Assembly: GCA_023213395.1 (NCBI GenBank)
Contig: CM041465.1
Span: 36,153,741-36,217,740, forward strand
DNA: 64,000 nucleotides
Source: Cycas panzhihuaensis
Lineage: Eukaryota; Plantae; Cycadophyta
Direction: 5' to 3'
The number at the start of each line of letters is the position of its first letter. Positions within the stretch are counted from its first letter, which is position 1. The notes beneath the pieces were generated by a model. The model had not been told where the DNA came from and searched no databases. It saw only the letters and a program-made list of their open reading frames with translations. Positions 41,601 to 52,300 of this stretch are shown here, piece after piece. A program made the position numbers and the translations under genes.

Positions 41601-44600
41601 TGTGGGCGCTTTATCTCTCTCTCTTCATGTCAAGAGAGCCACCTTAACCTCCTCCCGAGAGAAGGGAGTTGTTATCTCAGGCGTTTTGGGCATCATTCAC
41701 GAGGTGGAATATTATTAAGGAATTCTGCCGTAGTTCCATATCCCCATCCGTCGGCTCGCAAATAGCTCCTTGAAGTAATCCTTAGCCACCTCTTTCATAT
41801 CTTCTGGCCGAGTTGACTTGAGCCATCCTCGCCACGAAGCTTGTTGATTTTGTTGTTCGCTCTATGTCCGATGAGTCATATGGAAGAATTTTGTATTCTG
41901 CCTCCCTCCGCCACCACAGAGCCCTAGATTTCGCCTCCAAAGGGATTTCCTCTCTGAGAGGGTTTCCTCCAGATCCTCGATCGCCTCCTTTTCTACCTTA
42001 TCCAATTCGAGATCTCGCCCAATCACTCAACTGGGCCTCTATGTCCCTAAGGTCTGAAGAGTCCTCTCCTTTCTTGGTCGTTTATATTTTGGAAGATTTC
42101 CTTATTCCGATTTTGACATTCCTTTTACCCAATGAGCTTCTTAGAAAATCAGACATAGCGTGCCCAAGAATGTCGATGCTCCACCATTCCTCCATTCTCG
42201 CCCTAAGATCCTGGATGGCGAGCCACATCAACTCAAATGAATCTGGCCCCAATAAACTTCCTGAATCCGAGAAGTTTAGCGAGGGGCGAGTGATCGAGCT
42301 AATTCTCAAGGCTTCAAGAGTGAAGTCCTTAAAGCATCTCACCCTCAAAATTCACCAAAGACCCTATCCATTTGATTTGGATAAGGTTGTTCCCCAGCCT
42401 TTTGTTGGTCCATGTGTAGGAAGCACCCCTAAGGTTTACATCCTCACAACCCCCCTGCTGCAAGAATTCACTAAAATCGCTCATACTCGTGGTCCAAATT
42501 TCCTGAGCCACCCTTCTTGTCGCCAGGGCAAAGGGCCGAGTTGAAGTCGCCTGCCAAAAGCCAAGGGAGATGGCAGTTCTATGTGCTTCAAGCAATCTAG
42601 CCCAAAGACATTTCCTAGCTTCTTGAAGATTTGGTGCGTACACGTTAGTGGCAATCCATGAGGTGTTGTTATTTCTGCTAGTTAATCGAATCGAGATGAA
42701 AGAGTCTTCAACTAGAAAAATTTCCCCCAACCAAATTGATGGGTCCCAAAGAACCATCAGCCCCCTTTGCCTTGGGCATAATCTACCTCAATGCCATCAC
42801 CGCCCATATTTTACTCCTAATCTTGGGCCCATTCTCTTTGTTAAGTTTTGTTTCTTGAAGAAATAACAAATCTGGTTGATGTCTTTTCCTCATGTCTCTG
42901 ATGATTCTTTGTTTTGAAGGGGCATTGAGGCCCCGATGTTCCATGAGAGGATTTTCATCTCTTCTTCCTTTGTTTCCGCACTCACCGCCTCCCCTTTAGG
43001 GGCTCCCCGCAATCAGTGCCCGATCTGAGGGTAGGCCCATCATGGAATGAATCTTTCAGGGTTTTCTCATGCGCCAAGGTCAACTTGGGCCGCCGAGTCC
43101 TTTTCTCTTTGGACTTTTAGTGGGGGTCTACCAACCCGCCTCTCAATACCTACATCTGGTTTCTTCTGAGGCGTCTGAACGGTAGGGTCGATATTAGCCT
43201 GACTAGAAACCCCTGGGCGATGCGGATCCGGGTCCCCATCCCCCTGCGTAGCGACTGCCTCGGGTAAGACCGCGACCCCAACCGGGAGTATCCTTCTCCT
43301 TCTCCAACACGCTCCCCATCTGCCTCCAAGGCTTTGGCGAGGCATTTTGAATCGGCGTAACATCCTCCTTTTGAGGGAGTTCCGAAGCCCCAACCTTGTC
43401 ATCCAAATTTCCCCTGGGACCACATCTACTTGAGCCATATGAGTGTCCTCCTCCAACAACGTGTCCTCCTCATTTGGGTCAAAATCAAGGTTATGAAGAG
43501 GGGTATCCTCCGCCACTAATCGACCGGCCAAGAAGCCCCCACTAGTTCTTCCCCGCCACCGACTGCTGGAGTCTCTTTGGTAGTTGCACTCCCGCACTTC
43601 GGGGCAAGTGTCCTGTGTTACCGCAGTTGAGCATCTAAAATGATCCAAATTTCATAAAGCAAAGTTTGAGCCCAAGTTTCACTGTGGACGCCCATCCAGA
43701 TCTCATCTAGTAACTACTGCCTAGCCTTACCAAGGCGCAAATTCGCGTTAATAAGCTCGCTCGCTTTTTCGCCGAATCAACTGCTAGGGGACCAACCGCC
43801 TTAATCCCATTAAATACCTCCAGTTCCAGCAGAAGCGGCCACCGTAATTGGATCCAGATAGGAGCCTGCTTAATTTTTGGAGTCGAGGGATCAAAGCCCC
43901 TGTGCCATTTCTCCAGGTATAGAGCTTTTCTACCGAACATCCATGGTGCCTTGATTAAAATGCTAGCCATATCTGCATATGAGGCAAATTTAAATAGCAC
44001 ATGACCCTTGGGCATGGCTATTACCTCAACATTGCCTCAAGTTTTCCATTTAGACCTAGTCCAGACCCTGATAGGCTCCAAACCTAGTCTGGGTCCCGAG
44101 AACCTGCCAACAAGGCGCTTCTCCCACGATTTCTCCGTTTTTGACCAATGCAAGGGGATTTTCGGTCTTACTTTGTTGTCTTCATACACTGTGGTTAAAT
44201 CAAAGGAAGCTACCTCGTTTGATTTTAGGACATCTTTATAGGTTTTCCGTGAATACTTTGGTTCGCTTTCGGATAGATGATCTTTATCCATTTCTAACTA
44301 AACTAGAAAAGGAACCCCATGAGCAGCGTAAACATACCGTAAATCTCCACTAGGGCCTCCTCCGAGAGTCTAATAAAGCTATGGCCTCGATCCGTCCCAC
44401 TTTGAACCCCAACAAGAAACTCCTTCCCGTAAGAAGAAAAACTTAAATCCGGGTCGCAACCTAAGCATCCATGCGTGAGAAGGTCGAGAGGTATGAGGGA
44501 AGAGGGCCGCCTCACCAAAGAAGCTCTAACCCGTAAAGAAAAGTTCCAAATCTCCACCAAGTCGCGCCTTTCCCCGCCGCCATAGCGTTAAGAGACGCGA

Positions 44601-44780
44601 TTTGAGGGCATTAAGAGCCCGTGGGCTCCAACGCGATTGCAGCCAACTCCATCACCTAGCCTCGAGACGCCATGGCGCCCACAGCCCCGGGCCTCCGTCC
44701 CCACGATCGCTCCAAAAACTGAACGCAGACGCAGCAGTTCGCCCTAGACGCAGCAGTTCTATCCTATCATTCCCTGGTAC
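38700..44780 (-). mobile_element. Full-length, young (CpG-rich) L1 LINE with RNase H (LINE-b)
   Basis: TSD CCATTAAGGCCTTTATT at 38683-38699 and 44781-44797; poly(T) 38698-38710; ORF1 ATG at 44291; ORF2 ATG at 42958 (MKILSWN); FRPISLCNVKYKIL, IKIDLSKAFDRV, IRFWEDAWC, CTLCYSEEETMNHIFLEC. Confidence 0.95.
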
Positions 44781-44905
44781 CCATTAAGGCCTTTATTAGA
44801 TTGAATACTATTTAATCATTAATAAATAAAAAATAAGAGGATTAATAAGCTAATAAATAGTTATACCATCTTAGCACCTATGCAGTATAGAATTTAGAAT
44901 TTAAA

Positions 44906-45428
44906 TTTGATACCATATTATAATATACTCCTTACATGCAGTAGAAGTATATCAAACATGTATAATTAATGAATCATATCATGAAGAATATATACAAATC
45001 ATATATGCAAGATCAACATATTAAGCAATAATATAAATCATAAAGTATAAATAGATCAAACATGCACTACAAGATAAATAATAGATTTATATGTGGAAAA
45101 CCTAGTGTAGAAAAACCATGAGACAAGATTGGAGTTGGGAGCTCCTCTTAATGATATTAAATTAATTACATCTCTAAATTAGTCCTTCCTATCTTGATCC
45201 TTTCTCAAGCTCTCAAGTGCTATGAATACATATCTATATAAATAGTCTCCTCATGAATAGCCTAAAATATCTCTTGATCCTTTTCATCATCCAATAAGAT
45301 GTGTACATGAATAATCATGTATTTCACATCTCTTAATGGTTTTGTTGAGTAGAATTTTATGTGGGTTCACTATATTACATTAAACATTATATATATGATA
45401 ATATTATATATTTTAACACTCCTTTTAA
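44906..45428 (-). mobile_element. LTR (44916-45418) of an old non-autonomous element F, flanked by PBS and PPT remnants
   Basis: TTTGATACCA at 44906-44915; LTR ends ...TTTTAACA at 45418; CTCCTTTTAA at 45419-45428 resembles the PPT of element D; motifs similar to the LTR of A. Partner LTR not found. Confidence 0.6.
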
Positions 45429-46205
45429 TGTTTAATATCTTCAAATCTTCAAGTCTTCATTCTTCATCCTTGGTCTTCATTTCTTCATGTTTTTCAATAT
45501 GTTAGAATTTATAAACTTATATCAAATTGAATAAAGTTGTATCAATCTATATCAAGTTATATAACTTGTAACCTATAAATCTATCAACATGATGCTTGTT
45601 TCCCATAAGCATTAACCTATAACTGTCTGTAGTCATATGTCATTATCATTGACTAATTATGAATAACCAACTTGTAAAATACCTATATACCAATCATCAA
45701 TCATATATCAAATATCAACCAATATATATGACTCTTACTTATCATGTTTATATAAAGAATTTTCTTGAGCAACTTCATATCTTCACTTATAAAGCTATTG
45801 TAATACTAACTTTGTTCATTGAAAAATAATACTTAGCTATTAGGAAGAATGCTATTATAAAAGTAGTATAAAATATATTGCTTCTTATATATGAGAATAA
45901 TAATACAATCTGTATGATGTATAAGAGTAATCTCATTTATCTCGTCTCTTGTATATGAGTAAAACATTTGTATGCTACCTTCATCGATACTTCTACACAT
46001 ATGTAACTTTTCTTTTACAACCAATCAGTAACTCATCATCATCAACAAATCAATCATCCAAACATACTAACTCCAGTAAGAGGGCATACTACTTAGATAA
46101 TATAAGTTAGTTATAATAAGATAATATAAACAATATGCCTTTATATCTATTATCATACATGGTAAGTTAAATTTCTCACTAATAAATACATATCATATTA
46201 GTATA

Positions 46206-46260
46206 AGAGAATAAGGAGAAGTTTTATAATAAACATATATGAAACTTCTCCTTATTCTCT
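46206..46260. repeat. Perfect 19-bp inverted repeat (hairpin)
   Basis: AGAGAATAAGGAGAAGTTT (46206-46224) and AAACTTCTCCTTATTCTCT (46242-46260). Confidence 0.95.
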
Positions 46261-47779
46261 AAGTCTTATAAACAGGTGAAATTTTCATTTAATCATTACA
46301 TTAACTTATCTCACTAACAAAGAAATAAATAATCTATGTCTTTTATCAATATATTAGTTGGTGTCATCATGTATTCATTCAAATAGGTGTTCAATAAACT
46401 AGGCAATTTTGATATTTGATTAGTGGGTAGCTTTAGTAGATTAAATACATTCAATTCCAAAGGGAATTTTTATATGTCCAACATATACATGATTCCCACA
46501 TTAAATTTTCATATCAAATATATCCCACATATCAAATTTTTATCATTTATAAGTCTTAAACTATTATAGATGAGTCTTTATGTATTTACTTTTAAATGAA
46601 ACTTACTTTTTCTTTCATTAATTGTCATTAATAATATTATCATGACCTCTAAATCCTTTAAAAACATTAGAAAGTACTAATATAAATTTTAAAAAGGTCA
46701 TAAAATAGAACTTTTGTGAAGTAAAAAAAATACTTTACTCAAATTTACTAATTAAAATCTCTATCATTTGATTCCTAAAATATGCCTTACAACCACTATA
46801 TTTAACCATTTCAAAGCTCTCTTTCTAATATAATTGATGACAACCAAATATGACATCCTAGTAAAAAATTATGCTTAAAAAAGCATAAATATATCATAAA
46901 AAATCATGTAGTCCATAAGAAATTCATTTTAGTCCCTTTTGATTAGTTGTTGGTTGTGTTATGACTCCATGTGACCTCATGTTAAAGAACTAAGGGGCTT
47001 TATAGATTCTAAATAAAATTTAATTTAATTAATTTGAATTTTAAATCTACAAAAAGATTACAATATACATTATAATTTTTGAATCCTACCCCTTTTGAGA
47101 TTAACCCTTAGTCTTATTGGCTTTGCATATGACCATCTAATATTTTAAGGGGGATATGTTGTGGATTTCACTCATTTATCTAATCCAACTTAATTTAGTA
47201 AAGACTTTGAAAAATAAAAAAAGTCTAAGATCAAAGAGATATACTTGCATATCGATTAACATTATCTATAGACAAATGTTTTGTCAATGGGCAAACATAT
47301 TTATTCAAAGACCAATGGAATGGATAGATAAATCATCTAGACATTTGCTTCATAGACATTGCACTAGCTTCCATGCAAATATAGATGGATTTCACGTAAA
47401 GAAAGGTGTACTGATTGGGCATGCATGGGTATAAAAATTATTTCATAGAGAGAGACACATGTAGCATCATAGATTATTCTTCACACAAAATAATGCTCTT
47501 TATGTAGGTGCCTTGCAGCTAATGATACATTGAGATTTATGTATCTTACATAGTTATGGCAGTGACTTGTACAAATGGAGGAGCATTTAGAAGTTTAGTA
47601 GCTTACAAAGGGAATTACAATGGACATGACTCAGAGGAGGCACATGGCGTTGGAATAATAAAATTTTAGTAATTCACATTTATCTGGGAGATATATCACA
47701 TAAGGTGGGACCTATATCAAGCCCACATCAAACCCACAATAGTGCTATATATAGACATCTAGAGTACATGATAGAAAGA

Positions 47780-47810
<31 letters not shown>

Positions 47811-49273
47811 AAGAATATTAAGTCATATCTTGTATAACATGTCATGATGAATATAATCTATGATCCTTGTATTCTTATGGTATTCTTATGTTATTTCTAT
47901 TATGTTCATTTCCATCATGATTTCATTATACATTTATATTATTAATATATTATCAAGTATTTTCTAATATGGTATCAAAGCTAAGGTAAAGAAAAGGGGT
48001 TTGCTAATAAAACGTTGTTGTAGATTTGCTAGATTGATTAGTAGTTGAAGACACCATTAGTGACCATGTTTTGTAAAATGACAAGGTCTATTTAAATCTG
48101 TTTGTATTGTTTGCATATATGCCTAAATTAACCAAACTCGCTATTTGTGTTGTTTACCTCTGTTTGACCCCATTTTGACCCATTTGGAGACTCCTTGATT
48201 AGTCTTATATACATGAGCTCTGTCATTTATAGTTATATGAAGAATAAATCATAGTTATATTTACTTTGTATAAAGATTTCACACCATTAAATAAATCCTT
48301 CATGTCACATTAAGCACTTAGCAAACTGGTGAAGTTCTTATTTGCATTCAAGTACCTCACTATATTTATTCATTTGAGGGTCTATACCAATCGTGCTCCA
48401 TCCATGTATTGATCCATAACTATTGAACTAGACTAAAGATCATCATAAAAGTATGTGACTTGTGAAATGCATTATGTATAGTTTCAAGTATATGCACTTA
48501 TGTGAAGAGGAAAAATGTTCATCTATCTAGAATTCCCATATGAGAAGAGAAGTTATGAGCAACCATATAATGTCAAGCCTTCATCAATGCCATCCACCTC
48601 TGCACAACTCAAATTTATGAATGTGAAAAATATCCCTATAGGTGAATGATATCCTGATGCGATTTTTTGAGTGTTGCATCTGTTAAAGAGAAATCTACCT
48701 AAACTCTCTGTGCCAACATATAAATAACTTTAGTGATCAACTACAACTTGAGGTTTTTTGTAGACTAAAGAAGCTTGTTTTATCTACTAATCATTGCAAC
48801 CTTGAAATTCTTGGTTTAATCCTATATAGGCTTGTCTAAACATGAATTCTAGAGAAATATGGAAAATTTTAGAAGATTTCATCAAATTTTTCATGAAATC
48901 CATTGTCGTAGGTTTTTTGTTAAAGGTGGATTATATTTGAAAATTTTAAGATTACTTTTTTTTTTTAATAATATTTTTCCTACAATCTTCTCCCATGCTA
49001 TGATTTCATTATTCAAGTCCATCCCCAAATATTTATATGTTAAATATGCTTGGAGTTGATTGATTATTGAATGGATTGAAGAAGAAATCCAGACATGTAT
49101 TATTCACTATAGGTTATGGATTTCCATCAGCAGTTCCTTTTGTAAGTTAATGGCACCTTGACATCCTTAGTGATTCCATTGCAAAAGCAATAACAAAGTG
49201 TCTATTTTAACATCCTTTGTGTATGCCTCCATACCTCTCCTTCAATGATCTTTAGGGTTATAGAATTCCAAGC

Positions 49274-50341
49274 AAACTTATTGTGTTCAGAAAGAAGCCA
49301 CTTAATTCTATAGCCAAAAGGATAGAAAGGTCATTAATATTATGCATCATGCTAGAGGACCCATCAAAACCATCAAGAAATTTAATGTAACTTCTAACAA
49401 AGTAGGATCAACTAGCACTGGTTTTAATACTAAGAAGCTTGATAATGAAATAGAAGTGCTTATGTATGAATGTTGGAGCATAATGTGACACGTTGGGCTA
49501 TGGGCAGACTAGAGAGAGGCTAAGTATCCTTGGATTGTGCAGGTACAAACCATACAAAGGTAAGCATGCGGTAAGAAGTGAAGACTCTAGCATTTTGGGT
49601 ATGTGATAAAGGCATTCTGTAAAGGTACGCAACACAGATACGTACTTCCAGGGAGAATGCAAGTAAACAGGAGTGATACACATGAGAAGACTGGATAGAA
49701 GGGAGCCTAGGATGACATTATACATACGTACAGATGTATGGATGAGTTAAGATAGTCAGTTAAGGAAACTAACCAATGGTTAGGAAGAGGTACGCTTGAC
49801 TGAAAAGGTACAGTAATGATAGACAATCATAACCCTTCAGCCAAAGGACACCAGGGAGCATATTTATGAGGCTTCCAAAGGATCATTCGGTCAGGTACAC
49901 ATTGGTACGGAGACCAGTACGTATGACAGCAGCCTAAAGCCATGTATTTTGATGGGTACCTCCTAGGTATGCATGTGATAGATTGAATGTATGAGGCTGG
50001 AATGCACAGGGAATGCATTCTAACACCTTGTGTAAAAGAACTTATTACTTAATAAAATAAGAGTTACGTGGAAATTATGGATTCTCTGTGTTGTAAGGAT
50101 TGAATGTGGAATATGTGCTGATCTCTGTACTGCTGTGTGCCATTGTGATATAATCATGTGGAAACATTAATAAATTAGGGTGATATATGTGGATAATGAT
50201 GTTGACTATGTCCTAAACTAGACTATAACCTGTGTAACCTTGATAAGTGTACCCTTCCCACAAGTTCAATGGGAAACCTAAGTCATAAATGAACATGTTA
50301 TATATAAGTTGAGGAAGAACATAATACAAGCCCAATTACAT
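49274..50341 (+). pseudogene. MBF1: Captured intronless fragment of multiprotein bridging factor 1 (MBF1a/b type), split by a solo LTR
   Basis: 49274-49470 reads IVFRKKPLNSIAK-(frameshift)-DRKVINIMHHARGPIKTIKKFNVTSNKVGSTSTGFNTKKLDNEIEVLMYE; 50294-50341 resumes HVIYKLRKNIIQAQLH. This matches the recalled plant MBF1 pattern VVIRKK...KKDEKAVNAARRAGGPIETIKKFNAGSNK...LNTRKLDDETEVLAHERV...LKKNIMQARLD. Confidence 0.88.
49471..50288 (+). mobile_element. Solo LTR (~820 bp) inserted in the MBF1 fragment
   Basis: TSD ATGAA at 49466-49470 and 50289-50293; removing it restores the MBF1 frame; starts TGTTGG, 3' terminus non-canonical. Orientation inferred from an AATAAA at ~50051. Confidence 0.8.
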
Positions 50342-52300
50342 TGAGAGTTTTCATCCAACTAATAGTAAACTCAATTACAAATCTAATCATTTTTCATAGA
50401 AATATTTTTACCATAGATCAATTAGTTAAAGAGTATTCAAGTTTTACAATTTTAACCTTGATATAACTTTTTTATAATGTTTTTGTTATATTTAAGTTGA
50501 TTCGAATGTTATTTGGCCTTTATAAAGCCCCTTTCTCTTAGTGGAAAGTCATATGGAATGCCTTGATGGCCAAGGTCTAATCCATCGAATGGGATAAACC
50601 TTAATCAATTTATTTTTGTTTATAAGAAAGTCACTATATAATTTTCATGATATCTTTATAGCCAAGAGTCTGATTTTCAAGCCATCTAATTTGCCAGAAT
50701 CTTGATTCAGAGTACTTTAGCCCAAACTATGATTTAAGGTATTTTGGAGCTTGTTCATAGATAAATTTTACTACAAAGTTGATGCATATTTCTAGAACTA
50801 TGAATAATAAACAAACATGATGTGCATAAATTCCTACATCTATTTTGGTTGATTTTATCAGTAAAATAGAATCTCCACTTCTTGTGTGTCCTAAACTCAA
50901 TGGGAAAAATTATCCTTATTAGTTAAGAAGAATAAAATCCAAACAAATTAGAAGTAAAAGGTTTATAGGAAATTTCTAATGAAGGATATATCACACCAAC
51001 ACTTGTTGATTTAAGAGTTGATAGTAGTAAGAGATATGAAGCCTATGTTTAGATATAAAAGGATATAATAACACTCAAATACATAACTTTATATTTGAAA
51101 AAGGGTGTATATTTTCATGTATGACATATCATTACATTAAAGGAATTATTAAAAATTTTGAAAGAGCTTTACTACAAACCATTAGAAAGTTTAGTTGATA
51201 CTCAAGCAAAGGAAGAAGTTTAAGAAGAAAAGGTAAGCCAAACATCTAAAGACAAAGAAGAAAAAGTTGTTAAATAGGAAACTATTAAAGTTGTTAAAAA
51301 TAAACCTATTATTGGATCTGAAAAAGTTGAAAATAAACATATTCTTATTATTGAATCTAAATTTATTGAATCCATTGTTGATGAGAATATTAAGATTACT
51401 ACATTTGAGAATGTTAAAAATGAATTTGTCATTGAAGAAGTTATTAATGACGAAGTTGTTATGAAAGAATTAAGTGATGTTTCTCATTTAAAATTTGAGG
51501 GAGACATAAAGATTGAGATTTAAGTTGAGTCTAAACTAGGAGATTTTCTAATGATCTAGAGAGATCAAGAAGATGAACAAAGAGAAGTAGAAATAGATGT
51601 TCCTTAAGTAGAAATAGAAGTTAAAGTAGATATTTCTAAAATAACTTACTTGATAGAGATAATTAAAGAACCACAACAAATAAGTTACTTGATTCCACCT
51701 ACAGAGATTCAATACATTGAACCAAAATTTCAATATGATTTTAGATATTCTTTATAACTAATAACGGTACCAATATTTCTAGACATATTGAAGTATATCA
51801 ACATCAATAAGTATCACTACATCAGTAAGTATTGTCACCAAAATCAAGTTGAAGATCCAAATCTAATTGAAGATAAAGTACTAGGACCAATTCTAGATAT
51901 TATCTTTAAGAAGTTTCCAAGAATCAAGCATTAGAAATTTAAATGTATATTGATGTATCAAAATACGCATTAAGGGGGAGTGTTGGAATAATAAATTATT
52001 GGTAATGCATACTTATCTTGGAGATATATCACATAAGTTAGGATCCACATCAAGCCCGCACCAAACCCATAATAGTACTATATATAGATATCTAGAGTAC
52101 ATGATAGAACACATATATACAAAGAATATTAAGTCATATCTTGTATAGCATGTCACAATAAATATCATTTATGATCCTAGTATTCTTATGTTATTTTTAT
52201 ATTATTTCTATTATGTTCATTTCCATTATGATTTTATTATGCATTTATATTATTAATATATTATCAAGCATTTTCTAATAAAGGGGCATTAGATGGTAGG

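Larger units (their letters stand above)
47648..52280 (+). mobile_element. Non-autonomous LTR element D carrying host-gene cargo
   Basis: LTRs 47648-47969 and 51981-52280; PBS TGGTATCAAAGC 47970-47981; PPT TTAAGGGGGAG 51970-51980; copia-like gag start LVCPKLNGKNYPY at ~50881; no pol. TSD not convincing. Confidence 0.9.

Noticed and set aside
41864-42544. 226-aa plus-strand ORF
   Set aside because: Antisense shadow of LINE-b ORF2; no independent motifs.
47156-47640. 92-aa ORF as a gene
   Set aside because: At most a very decayed integrase remnant (KTNGM-like); too weak to call.
47643-52285. TSD for element D (CATGG vs AAGGG)
   Set aside because: Only 3 of 5 bases match, so it was not used as evidence.
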